Origin: Gekko japonicus
Taxonomy: Eukaryota
DNA: 64,000 nt
Direction: 5' to 3'
Assembly (NCBI RefSeq): GCF_001447785.1
Contig: NW_015171578.1
Coordinates: 187,715 to 251,714 of the forward strand
Part shown: positions 51,367-63,296 of the stretch, one piece after another
How positions within the stretch are numbered: position 1 is the stretch's first letter
How the letters are laid out: every line of letters begins with the position of its first letter
Notes under the pieces: generated by a model
The model's input: the letters and a program-made list of their open reading frames with translations, nothing else
Database searches by the model: none
What the model was told of the DNA's origin: nothing
Made by a program: the position numbers and the translations under genes

Positions 51367-51507
51367 AATGTCATTGATGGGGATCTGTGTGAGCAGTTCA
51401 ACTCCATGGAACCCAACAAGCAGAAAAATGTGGCTGAAGAGCTGGACAGGACCCCACCCGAGGTGTCCAAGAAGCTAGAGGACATTCGCACTCGCTATGC
51501 TTTCTAA
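51367..51507 (+). CDS. SF3B3: SF3B3 exon 26 (stop TAA); coding exons sum to 3654 nt = 1217 aa
   Basis: NVIDGDLCEQF...EDIRTRYAF*. Confidence 0.97.
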   Translation, partial: NVIDGDLCEQFNSMEPNKQKNVAEELDRTPPEVSKKLEDIRTRYAF

Positions 51508-52464
51508 GCAGGAGTCCATCCTGGGTCTTGGCTAGGACTCTGTTCCAAAGATGCATGGTGGATAACAACATCCCCAGCCTCCACCCTCCCACTGGATTGT
51601 CCTATTTTGGGCTCTTAGACCCTGTGTTCCAGTGTGTCATATGCATATTTTGTACATGCTGTTCTAGGTGTGGGTTGGGCTCTCCCAAGAGGCCACAAGA
51701 CCCCCTCTTAAGAGTATTTCAGATTGCCCACCCCCTTTCTGAAGACTTGCTGCATGTGCCACCTGTCTGCATTTGCAGCCCTGGACAAGACGCTCATTCT
51801 CTCACCTTGTCAAAGCGAAGCCCCCTGGAGTATACGTTGTTGAGAGGAGCACTGTAGAGCATGGGTGGGGTGGGGGTGCCAGGCTGGAGTTGGTCTTTGT
51901 GCTCCTGCTTCCGTGGCCAGTATCTGGGAAACTTGTAGTCTTCACCCTCGTACTGTTTGATCTGTGCATGTTTGTAAATAGTTTCATACCTCATTAAGCT
52001 CTTGTCTTGAAGAGATGGCTCATGTGAACCTTCTAAAGCTGGCCGCTGGGAAAGGGTTGGGTGCAAATGGCACTTTGAGTAAGTTAAACAGGGAGAGCTG
52101 CGAGATCTGTAGACAGGTGAGGTTGGTGTCAGAGCAAAAGGAAATAGATCAGTGTGTGGATCCATTTTGATCCCCTCGCTGTCTCTGACCCTCTTAATCT
52201 CAGGTCTGCTTCACTCTGTGCAAAGACTGTAGCAGGTATAATGAATGTTGCTTCTTGGCTTTCTTTTGGCTAAAATCAAGTGCAGAATACCAAGTGTGCA
52301 ACCCCTATAAGCTGCAGGAAAGCCAAGTCATGAACAACCTGCTGTGACACAGGGAAGTTGGTTCAGCTCCACAGGTTGCAGAATGTGGCTTTTATTCACA
52401 CACAAATTGGAGTCGCTTTCTAGCATAGCCTTCTCCAGGCTTGCCTGTACAGCAGAGTCAAAAT

Positions 52465-52745
52465 CCAGGTGTAGTGGTTAAGTGCGCGGATTCTAATCTG
52501 GGAGAACTGGGTTTGATTCCCCACTCCTCTACTTGCACCTGGCTGGATGACCTTGGGCAAGCCATAGTTCTAGAACAGCTGTTCTTGAAAAAGAGCAGTT
52601 TCTGTCAGAGCTCTCTCAGCCCCACCTACCTCACAGGGTGTCTGTTGTGGGGAGGGGAAGGGAAAGGAGTTTGTAAGCCGCTCTGAGACTCCTTTGGGTA
52701 GTGAAGGGCGGGGTATAAATCCAATCTCTTCTTCCTCTTCTTCTT
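52465..52745 (+). mobile_element. Squam3-like SINE
   Basis: tRNA head, (CTT)n tail. Confidence 0.85.
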
Positions 52746-52789
52746 GATTGCTGCAGGGGGTAGCCATCTTGTTGCCTTTCAGCATTGCA

Positions 52790-52995
52790 GTGGCAGAAAG
52801 TGCCAGAGTCACAGCTAACGTACACCAACCCTGTAGGATTTTCAAGGCAAGAGAGCACCAGAGGTGGTTTGCCATTGCCTACCTTGACAGAACAGCAGCT
52901 TCCTTGGTGGCCTTCCATCCCAATACTAACCACAACCAAGCCTGCTTAACTTCTGAGATCTGGCGAGATGGCACTACCCTGGACCACCCAGGTCA
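52790..52995 (-). mobile_element. 5S rRNA-derived SINE
   Basis: Minus strand ATCTCGCCAGATCTCAGAAGTTAAGCAGG..GGTTAGTATTGGGATGG resembles the 5S internal promoter region. Confidence 0.65.
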
Positions 52996-53545
52996 GGTGG
53001 TGAGTAAAAAGTGAATGGACACTTCTCCCCACATACAGAACTGGTCAAACTGGGCTACACAGAAATAGTGCTGTATAGCTTTCAAGCAATGAACATACAT
53101 TGTCAGCTTCTGTAGCTGCTTTTGGAAGAACGTAATAATCAGCTGCTTCCTTCCTCCCCCCCCCCCCCCCCCCCCATCCAAAAATGCCTTTAAAGATCCT
53201 GCAATTGTAGAGCTGCTTCTCTACCAGCCTTGGCTGGGTCCTCCTTGCCTAGAGGCCTTTGGCTGCCTTGATTGCCAAGTCAGTAGGGCTGGCTGGGCTT
53301 GTGTGGCCCGGCTGGTGGCAGCGCCTGCACCATTCCATTAGTCTTCCTCCTGCTTTTCTTCTTTCACGGGCAGGGTACAGAGGGCTTGCTTCTGTGAGGA
53401 CTTTGCTCTCTCACTGGAAAACCATCTAAGGATTTAGTTTTAGTCTTACCAACCAAGGTATGCAGAATTATGCGCTTCATTAAAAAAAAGAAAAATCCTT
53501 CTTCCACAGAGCTACAGATCTCAAATCAGAATAAATTGGGCAGTC

Positions 53546-53870
53546 CTAGTACCTACTTTCGAAATGATGGGGGACTCATGGTTCTCAGCTGGAACATCCC
53601 TTGGTATAACCTCCCCCCCCCCGCACCATACTGTCGCCCAGACATGACGCAGCACGCTGGGCATGTAGCTGGGCGACGCTCTGGCAATGCAGCTGGAAAC
53701 TCGATGGTACCATCGAGTTTCCAGCTCCATTGCCAGAGTGTCGCCCAGCTACGTGCTGGTGTCATGTCTGGGTGACGGCATGGTGCAGCATGTTTGTTTT
53801 CCGCGCGGGAATGTTCCTGACAAGAAGTATGTGTCCCCCGCCGATCTGAGGTAGGTACTTGGTAAGCCTA
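53546..53870. mobile_element. Palindromic MITE-like element, centre GGTACC 53706-53711
   Basis: Long near-perfect hairpin; related copy at 55031-55324. Confidence 0.75.
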
Positions 53871-54070
53871 GGCAGTCCAGTGGGTGTGTTTGGGGGGGGG
53901 GGGGGTCAAATATTTTCAGTGGTTTTGTCTTGTCAAATGGGGGGAACATGGGGGCAGGCGTTCTTTGCGTCTGCGCTTCCTTTCCCAGGGAGGAAAGGGC
54001 AGGGGAAGAAAAGAGCACAGGCCAGAGGGACGGAGAGAAGAGACTCCTTTGTATTAATTACAGTACGACT

Positions 54071-54076
54071 TTTATT
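54071..54076 (-). terminator. MTSS2: Probable MTSS2 polyadenylation signal AATAAA (3'UTR ~54050-58148)
   Basis: TTTATT on plus; upstream U-rich tract and TGTACA motifs typical of a 3'UTR end. Confidence 0.6.
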
Positions 54077-55030
54077 AATACTGGAATCTTCACAGTGCAT
54101 TCGTTACTTGTAGCAGTGACTATTTTAAATGGAGAAGGAAGTCGGGTAGAATAATTCTTTTAAGTAAGGGGAAAAAAGAAACTCGTGGGAAAGGCTAAGG
54201 GAGTGCTAGAAGGGGCAGGGGAAATAAATTAAAAAAGAGCGAGAGAGAGAGGAACAAGTTACAACAGCACCAGAATAGTTACGTCAGTTGAAAGACATTT
54301 TAAAGGAGTTCTTTTTCTCTGTACAAAAATGAAAAATAAAAAGCAAAATGCAAACATTTGTCACGGTTGTAATCTCTGGTCATGACACAGCATGGAGCGC
54401 ACAGGAGGGGCTGGCAGGTTAGAACTAAACTGTTATTACTACAACAGTCAAAGAGGAAGGAGGGTTACGTGAAACGTAGGCCATTCCCTCCCCTAGCATG
54501 GGGAGGGGGAGGCCAGGGGGGTTTCTGCTTTGGAGCTATGTACATAATCCGGAGCGGCTGTGCTGCACCAGCGCTGGGGGGGGGGCACAGCAAGATCAGG
54601 GGAGGGGAGAGGGTGTGCTTTCTCAAAGGCCTCTAGCAAATGATTGTGCCCAGATTGTTTGGTGCCCAGTCAGGTACCCACAAGGTACCCTCTGTGGCTG
54701 TGTGGTTTGTAGACTGCTGTGTGGGAACTCCTGTCAGGAGTCAACCCCCCCCGCGCGCTTCCTAGAATTTTTTAGCTTGGGTTACATTACACAAATGCTT
54801 CTAAATCTGACATCTGTCTGCAGCTATTTCAACCTCAGTGGGGTGGTCCACTCCTATGACAGTCTCAACAAACTCCAGTTTTTCCCACGCAGCTCTTTTG
54901 CGTTGGCAGATGGTTTGTATGCCAGGGTCTTTGGCCCGTTCGAGAGGACTGCGGCCAACAAAGATGGACCCAGGGCTGGCACCTCTTCCTAACCTCTGTG
55001 GGGTGGCCGGGTGTTAGCCTGGTAACATAC

Positions 55031-55324
55031 AGCAGGCTTCCCAAGTACTTACCGTGATTCGGCGGGGGACACAGACGTCCTCGCAAGATCATTCCTGCGG
55101 GGACAACAGACGCGCTGCACCATGCCGTCGCCAGGAAGTGAAGCTGGGCGACACCCTGGCAATGGGGCTGGAAACTTGATGGTACCATCAAGTTTTCAGT
55201 CCCATTGCCAGAGCGTCGCCCAGCTTCACTTCTTGGCGACGGCATGGTGCGTTACAGGGAGGAATGGTCCGGCCGGGGAGCATGTTTCCTCCGCCAGATC
55301 ACGGTAAGTACTTGGGAACCCTAG
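55031..55324. mobile_element. Palindromic MITE-like element in MTSS2 3'UTR, centre GGTACC 55181-55186
   Basis: Arms CCCAAGTACTTACCGTGAT / ATCACGGTAAGTACTTGGG plus long inner palindrome. Confidence 0.8.
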
Positions 55325-57159
55325 TCCTTTTTCCTTCCCCAAGGAAAAGATGGAGGGAAGGAGCACAGTGGATCAGGCCTGCTCTCAGCCAGCCTCCCCA
55401 ATCCCATCTTTCCTAGCCAAACACAGGGAGAAGCCAGCTCTCCCCGCCTCCCAGCGCGCACACACACACACATCTACCTTCAAGTAAGCCGTCTGCCTTT
55501 CTCCTCGGCATCCCACCCCCTCACCCTCTGCTTTTCAGGACTGTTTCCTCATTCCCAGCATCACATTCCATTGGCCAACTGCCTTACTTCCTAGACTTTC
55601 TGGGGAGCTGACAGTGCAGGAGCCAGAGACTCTACTCATTGAAAAGACAGGCAGGAACTGATGCCTGGTTCCACCCCTCGCCCTGGCTGCTGAGGGCACT
55701 GACAGATGGTTCCCTTTCTTCTCCAGCTCCAGACCTCACTCAAACAGCCATACTCCCTAGCCCATGTGCAGCTAAGCCTGCCAATGCTCCCCCCAAAACC
55801 TCTTCCAAAAGTGCCTGGAGGACCGCAGAACAAGTGAGCCAGTTTCCAAGGCAAAAAATACGAAGATGATGCCTGCCTGAGCAGCAGGGCAGACAGCTCT
55901 GACCCAACTGTGGGAAACTCTGGTTTTGGCTACGCACCCATTTCTCAATCCTGAACTTAGGGGCAGCATCTTACACTGGGAACTGGTCGGCTCAACTGTC
56001 TCCCAAGCACCTACGGACCCCTGTGATCGGATGTCGGAAGCACATGCGGGATTCAGTCACTGGCTGTGAAACCAAACTGGGTTTGGGCAGAGATCCCTTG
56101 AGACCAAGGCCTGCCCCCTGCTGAGTCCTCAGGTGTGTGCAAAGGATCAGCTTCGGTGGCCGACCTTCAGTCTTCAGGTGATGAGACATTTGGAGGAGTC
56201 TACTGATTGTCAAAGTAACGCCCGTCTTACTCCTAAGATCAGGACTGTGACTGGAAACCAGGAATGCTGAGAAGGTATTCAAACCGGCCCGTGCCACATC
56301 TTCTCCTTGTTCTCTCTGTGGTCCAAACTTCGCTTTCAGAATCGGAGGGGGAACAGAACAACTCCCCCTCCCCAAAACCCTCTCTGCTTTTTCCAACACA
56401 TTCATTCCCATCCTGTCTTTCAACAGCTATTTTGATACCCTTTGTTTCTACCAATTTTTTTAAAAAAGGACATAACACTTCTACAGGCAATCCCAGCTAA
56501 TCAGGGATCATCCAAGGGAAGGTCTTAGGTGCATAATCTACTGTGGCAATGCTACCCACAGCAGCCAAGGGGCTCACCCTCTCTCTGCAAACACCTTCGC
56601 CTACCAAAGGGGAAGACACTTTTCAATGCTGTCAAAAACATCTGCAAAAAGCAGCTCTGCAGCCATCCATGCACAGCTGAACCAATGTGATTCTCTACAA
56701 AGACAAGAGCTTCAGCTTTCCATGCGGCATCAATCCAAGAATGGAGGAAGGCATGCGAGAGGGGGTTCACCCTTAAGCGGGCTTCCCTAGACTCTCTTGG
56801 TCCACACACTGGCCTTAAGGACCACCGGCACACACACCCCTCCACTTACCCAGGGACCTCTTTGCCCTGCAGCACTGCTGCTCATCCATCTACACCTACA
56901 CAGAACTTACAGGCTCAGCCATATGCATTCTATGGCCACCCTCGCACTCCTGGGGCACTGTAGCCATGGCTTTGTGGAAACCTTTGGGCCAGGCATTACA
57001 GATATCGCTGGAGCAAGGCTCAGCTTTCCCGAACTGCTGTGCAAGCAGCCACTGGGGGCCTGGTAAAAAGGAAAGCGCCCTTGTTCACACCAGAAGCTGC
57101 CCGCCCCATTTCCCCTCCGTGCAATCAGGATCGACACAGACAAGTTTTGTGCCCATGAC

Positions 57160-57356
57160 CAATGCTCCCTCTAAGCTGTGGAGTCTTGTGAGCCAAAATT
57201 CTACTTTGTGAGCTACCGGCATTAAAGTCGTGAGCGAGCGAGTTGGCTGCTGCATACATTAGTTTGCTCTGGAGCCATGAGCGAAGACAAACGTGTGTGA
57301 GCCGGAGGCTAAAAAACTGAGCTAGCTCACACGAACTCAGCTTAGAGGGAACACTG
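57160..57356 (-). mobile_element. hAT MITE, family copy 3, in MTSS2 3'UTR
   Basis: Same TIRs as 27715 and 28428 copies; perfect TSD CCCATGAC. Confidence 0.9.
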
Positions 57357-58148
57357 CCCATGACTATGCTGAAAGCTTCGCTGCACCCAGGTGGGCAATG
57401 TGAGCTCTTTCCACTGGACAGCCACGTTCTCACGAGGCTCCTGTTCGCAGCTGCTTGCTCAGCCTGAAGTCCAGCTGTGCTGCGAGGAGCCATCTTTGAA
57501 CAGGGCCAGATTCTCTGGAATCGTTTGTGTTGATGTAACCACCTAGGAAGTCTTTTTTTTTTTGAACCAGAGGGTACAAAAAACAGATGATAGGAACACA
57601 GAAAAGACGACAGTGGAGGGAAGGATCCAGCACAAGACTTAACGGTGCATCTGTTCAGAGGAGACACGAGCGCTTTTTGTAGGAGACGTCCCCTGCATTG
57701 CGCTACAGCTGCGTCTGAGATGTGTGCCTGACAGCTGATAAATCCAGTCCAGGTTTTTGGTCCTCCCTGACAAACACACAACAACACGGTTTGCCTCTGG
57801 GTGATGCTGGCAGAAACTGATTTCTATAAGCCAGGAAGAAGGTGCAGAATGGTGTGGGGGGGAAGGAAACTTGGGAGGGCGGCTGTTGAAAAACAACATA
57901 TAAAATAGGCTCTAAAACCAGTTCAGTGCCAGGCTTGTACCTTTCTGAGCATGTTAGCAAAGATGTTTTTCGTTTTAGTCTCCATTTAAATCTAGCCTTC
58001 GGTGCTATGTCCATAAAGTGGCTTTGCCTTTTTTTTGCGGTTTGTTAATTCTCTTCTACCTTTTTGTTTTTTTTGTCACGGTGGTTGTTCCTGGTTCAGT
58101 CCTGACTTCGTGCGGGGCATCGTGACAGGCAGCTGGGGGGAAAGGCCA

Positions 58149-58918
58149 TCACAAAATCCGCGGTGCTGACCTGTCATTGGTGATGGTCCTGCGGAGGCGC
58201 ACCCCACGGCGGATTGCTACTAACATGTCTTCAGCAGGGGGGTCGCTGGAGGCTGCCGGCGGAGGAATGGGTGTCTCCTCCCCGGGGCCGTGGGTAGACA
58301 ACGCCGTTGGGAAAGGGAACTGGCCTTCCCCAAGCGCATGTGCGCTGGCCACCAGTTCTCCAATCTTTTCCACCAGGCTGTGGCGGTTGGCTGCGAGCTG
58401 TTGGTCTTCCTCCTCCGTGGAGAGGTGCTGCCCAGCCCCTGCATACACGGAGATCTCCATGACGTTGCTGCCCCAGGCTGTGTTGGGCAGGCTCAGCCTC
58501 TTGGGGGAGGCTTTGGAGAAGTCCATGGCGTTGGGTGAGGCATCGTCGGCATAGAAAACGCATTCCTCACTGCCCACCCGGGTGGGTCCAGTGTAACCAA
58601 GGGAGTCAGGCACCGTGGGGGTCTTGACAGGGACAATGGGTGGTCTGATGGGAATGGGACCGGCGTTGGAGAGGGTTCGGCGTACCGTCGGCTTTGTGGA
58701 AGGCGTGCGGCGGATGGTGGCCACACCCGGAGTGGTACCTGACGGCAGGGCAGTGCCGGTGGGCAGGCCTGCTGTAGAGGCAGGCCGCTTGGTCTGGATC
58801 ATGCGGCGGTAGTTCTGGGCAATGTTGCTGTTGCGAGGGATGGTGGAGGATTTGTCAAAATCGCTCTGGCTCTCGCCTTCCACGTCGCCATTGACAGAAT
58901 AGCAGTCGTAATCCGAAC
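58149..58918 (-). CDS. MTSS2: MTSS2 (MTSS1L/ABBA) last coding exon with C-terminal WH2 domain
   Basis: SDYDCYSVNGD...FDKSSTIPRNSNIAQNYRR...EDMLVAIRRGVRLRRTITNDRSAPRIL*; acceptor AG at 58919-58920. Confidence 0.95.
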
Positions 58919-59789
58919 CTAAGGGAGGAGACATAGATCTTCAACACACTTGGGACTGACTGCGCAAAGCTGGCACAGCAAGGACGCATCAGATAACCCA
59001 CCAGCTGCAACGCTGCAAGATACATCAGCACACCACGCAACCACACCCCCTTGGAATAGACAATGAAGGTTAGTATTGCCTCCTCTAACCAGCAATGGCT
59101 CCCCAGGTTCTCAGAAGCAGGTCTTTCGTATTCCTTACTACTTAGAATCATTACCTGCAGATGCTGGGGACTGACCCAGGGACCTTCTGCATGCAAAGCA
59201 GAGGCCCTACCACTAACCCACGCCCCCTCCCACCCTTCCTCTCTCCTTCCTGAGGTCCAACTGAGTGAATTTTGGGCTAGACGGCTCTGAACATGTCTTA
59301 GCTTCTAACTGAGAAGACTGGAGGTGATAGGAAGGTAGAATGCTGGAAGGGATAGGGCTAATGTTTATCTTTTAATGTGCTTAGTCATTTCATTCGTCTG
59401 TACCTATATTGTACATCAATAAACCATCCTATTCATTTCAGTAAGGCAACAGTCCCTGTGTTCTCTTGCCAGTTAAGTGGAAAAGGGGGTGAAAAAGAAT
59501 ACAGATTTTCCGTGGTCAGTTTCTACCCTCTTCACAAGAGGTCAGCCAAAGAAGTGGGCATAGGACACATCTAAACAAAAGAGGAAAAAGAAAAGGAAAA
59601 GAACTAAGTGTTAAAATCTAACGCAATGTAGGGAGAGCAGCACCTTGTGCCAGAGATGAAGAATTCCACAGGGCAATGGTGTGCTCTTCCAGAAAACCAC
59701 ACAAACATTCTGGTAGGAACTGCACCTACACAAATCCCACTGAAATGTGCAGGAGTGTGTTGGGGGGGGGGGAAGGTGGAGAAGGCAGA

Positions 59790-60056
59790 GGTGGTGGTTG
59801 GATTTATACCGCTGCCCTTCACTACCCAAAAGAGGCTCAGAGCAGTTTACAATATCCTTTCCCTTCCCCTCCCGACAGCAGATACTCTGTGAGGTAGGTG
59901 AGGCTGAGAGAGCTCCCCGTGAGAGAACAGCTCTGAAAGGACTTGTGACTAACCCAAGGTCACACCAAGCAGCTGCATGTGGAGGAGTGGGGAATCAAAC
60001 CCAGTTCTCTCAGATTAAAGTCCATGCTCCTACCCACTACACCACACTGGCTCTCA
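59790..60056 (-). mobile_element. Squam3-like SINE
   Basis: Reverse complement similarity to the other copies. Confidence 0.8.
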
Positions 60057-60204
60057 GAATCTTGGACAACTGAGATTCCTGGTGGGTTGTGCCAAGCCAT
60101 GTGTGTTACAGCCAGCCAGTGTGTTGTGGTTAGGATGTTGAACTGGGATCCGGGAGACCCAGGTTTGACTCTTCACTCTGCCAGGGAAGTTTGGCCCTCA
60201 GTCT

Positions 60205-62566
60205 GGAGACCTGAGACACTCTTCCAGTGTTGGCGCCACGAACGGATGTGTCTCGGGAGTCTCCCGAGTTTTTTGTTTGGGGTCTAGGGTTTGGGTTTTT
60301 TTTTGTAATTACTTTTTTACTTATAGGATTTTTCTGCAAAGCTGGGTCTCTTCTCTGTCTACATAGTGCCTATCCATGAATTTAAGTATCTACAGATGGG
60401 ACGGCTGTCCGTTCCCTTTTCGCTCTTTGGGGGTTACCCGCAGTGGCAGGGACCCTCGGCTCAACCTCCTGTAGGGAGTTGCTCTTAACTGACCATAGAC
60501 CATCACGGGGGAGTGACTGACTCGTCCTGAAGTAGGAGCGGAGCAGAGGAGGAAACAAGGCTCCCATGTTTCCTTTAGCAGCGACCGGCCGCTGTTTTTA
60601 AACTATATATGAAGAAAATCGGTTACACATCACATGAAAGGATTTGATCGCGTATAAACAGGAGAAGATTGAAGTGCTTTGGAGTTAAATACCCCTAGAA
60701 GATATTCCCAACCATGACGAAGCAGCTGTGAAATGACTGGGAATGGAATTGACTGTAAAGTGGAGGGGGTAAGAAAAGCTTTTGTCCTATCTGATGGAAA
60801 GTTTTTGATGGAAAGTAGCAAAATAAGAAACTAAAAGGACCGTATTAAGTGACTTTGGAAATTTGAAAGTTGGCTTAAGAATTTGTAGTGTTAGGAAACT
60901 GAGGATGGCTGAGGAAGAATGGGATCCAGATACATTAGTGGAAACCCTCACCCGGGAACAATTTCAAAACTTTTTGGTGAGAGAAATTACCCAAGCAGTT
61001 AAAACTGCCTGTAGTAATCTTGTGGGAAATTACACAAATATAAGCCAAGATAAAAGCAACAAGGAGGATCAAATTCCAGATACTCAAGAGAGTGCGGAGG
61101 AACAAGATTACTCATGGGAGAGAGTGAAGAAACCGCCTAAAGATTACCTGACTTTAGTGGAAAAAGAGCAAGATATAGGTAATGACATTGGGCAATGCTT
61201 AAAAGAACCAATAAGATGTGCAGTAGAAAAGCAAACAGCAAAGAGACTATGTGTAAAAAAGAGAAAGCTGGAAAAAAGAAAAGGAGGAGGGAAGAATGTG
61301 GCAAAGAAACTTAAAGTGGAAAAAAGAGTGAAGATTGGCTTTTTGGAAAATGGAAGAATGACTTTGGAAAAGGGACCGCATGAATACAAAAATTGGAGAC
61401 ACCTGGAAGAAGTTGAAAAGAAAAGGAAAGCTTTAGAAAGAGGGGGGGGAAAGGAAAAGATATATGCTGTACTCTTTGTTTTTTGTGGTAGCTTGCTAAT
61501 TGTGGATAGAAATGGCTTAAATTAAAAAAGGAACTGGTTGTTATTGTAACAGAATAAGGGATAATTTGTAACTTCATAATATGCTTATATTTTTGATGGT
61601 CTTTGCTCTAAATATGCTCTGAGAATGAATTGTACTTAAATTAGCAATAAGGAATGAGATACTTGAACAGAAAGATAAGAGGGGTTTTAAGGTTATTGTA
61701 CTATAAAGTATCTATAATAACAACAATGATATGATTGATTAAGATCTGAATTTCATGTTAAGAGCTAGGTAGTAGATAACTGTATCTGGTTGTTATTGCA
61801 TCAGAATAAGGGATAATTTGTAACTTCATAACACGCTTATACTTTTGATGGTCTTTGCTTTAAATATGCTCTGAGAATGAATTGTATCTAAATTAGTAAT
61901 AAGGAATGAGATACTTGAACAGAAAGATAAGAGGGGGTTTAAGGTTACTGTAAAGTATCTATAATAACAATGATATGATTGATTAAGATCTGAATTGCAT
62001 GTTAAGAGCTAGTTAGTAGATAACTGCATCTGTATTTAAAGAATAAAAATAAAACAAAAATAAATATTAAACAAAAAATAAATAAGGGGTGGGGAAAAGG
62101 GGGGGAAGGAAGCTAGACAATTATGATCTAAAGAAAACAGGGCTATAAGCTGTTGTTTGTTGTTAATGGATTCTCTTCTTTAGGTTTAAAATTAATTTAA
62201 AATGGATATAATCACAGCAGTTCAAATAGGGGATAGATTATCAGTTGCTTAAACAAATGGAATTAATATATTAGTGTTAAGACTGTTTATTGAAAATGCC
62301 TTTGAGGCTATAGGAGTTGTAAGTCTGATTGAATATAAATTTATTTGTTGGAGTAATTCAAAGGATCCTGTAATACGCGATATTAGATATAAGAGTGGGA
62401 AAGATCAATAGGTTATGGGGAACATTTAATGGCCTTTTTGAATGAAAAATCTATGGATAATTTATTAACCCAAACTTGAAAGTTGATGTGTCATAATAAT
62501 GATATGTTCTTGTGTTTGTGTTTGTTTGTCTGTTAAAAAATTAATAAATAGATTATTTTTAAAAAA
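60205..62566 (+). mobile_element. Non-autonomous L1-like retroelement with ORF 60905-61525, inserted in an older tRNA SINE
   Basis: CpG-rich 5' end, single K/E-rich ORF, AT-rich tail ending AATAAA..A-run; SINE head (~60113-60200) resumes at 62567; TSD-like TCAGTCT/TCACTCT. Confidence 0.65.
61534..62032 (+). repeat. Tandem duplication, ~252-bp unit x2
   Basis: CTGGTTGTTATTG.. starts at 61534 and 61786. Confidence 0.9.
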
Positions 62567-63130
62567 TCACTCTCAGCCTGGCCTGCCTCACACAGTCGTT
62601 GTGAGGACAGAAGGGAAAATAATGGATATTGCCCTGAGCTTGAGAGGACAGAAATGCACTAGAGAAATAATAAAAGATTTGAATTTTGCTGTGTGTTATT
62701 TTGGTCAAACACTCCCAATTTCCATAATTATGACATTTTTTTAAAAAAACCCTCATTGTTAGCAATATTTTATGGATATGTTCTCTATGCAGCACTTTTA
62801 AGAAGGCAAGTGCTCTGCAGTAGGCATTTTGTTAGTTCTCACAGTGAGCCTCTCACTGCCTTTTATGGCTTATGGTTGCAAGACGGAGCCTCGCCCAGAA
62901 AAGGACAGCAAAACTCTGCTTTCTGATCCATCGTGGATTTTATCCTCCACCTCAAAGGGAAACACCTCTAAGCTCTGATTCCCCTTCTGCAGGTGCCGGG
63001 CATTCTGTGCCACCACCTCTTCCACACGTGGTCCCTGGGCCCACAACAGCCCCCCCCCCGAATGCCTTCCAAGCCCCTGCTTGTGTCACACTCTATTCCT
63101 TCTGCCGCTGTACTGATGGGGGAAGGATAC

Positions 63131-63296
63131 CTTGTGAGGGGATGGTGTCCTCGGAGCAGGAAGGCGTGGTCGTCTGCGTGCTGTAGCCACTTGAGTACTG
63201 CAGGGAGTCCCGGCTGCTCTTTTGGTGCTCGAGGCTCAAGCCGCGGGTCAGCACCATCGCCAGATCGCTGGCCGCAGGGGACACCTCCTCACCATG
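63131..63296 (-). CDS. MTSS2: MTSS2 penultimate exon
   Basis: HGEEVSPAASDLAMVLTRGLSLEHQKSSRDSLQYSSGYSTQTTTPSCSEDTIPSQ; AG/GT; phase 1 matches the last exon. Confidence 0.95.

Noticed and set aside
53178-53230. Faint resemblance (PK..L.D..VELLLY) to IL34 PKALLDNCFRVMELLY
   Set aside because: Needs a frameshift, is very short and has no supporting exons; not distinguishable from chance by eye.
57125-57787. 220-aa minus-strand ORF downstream of the MTSS2 stop
   Set aside because: Lies in the 3'UTR, has a non-ATG start and runs through a hAT MITE.
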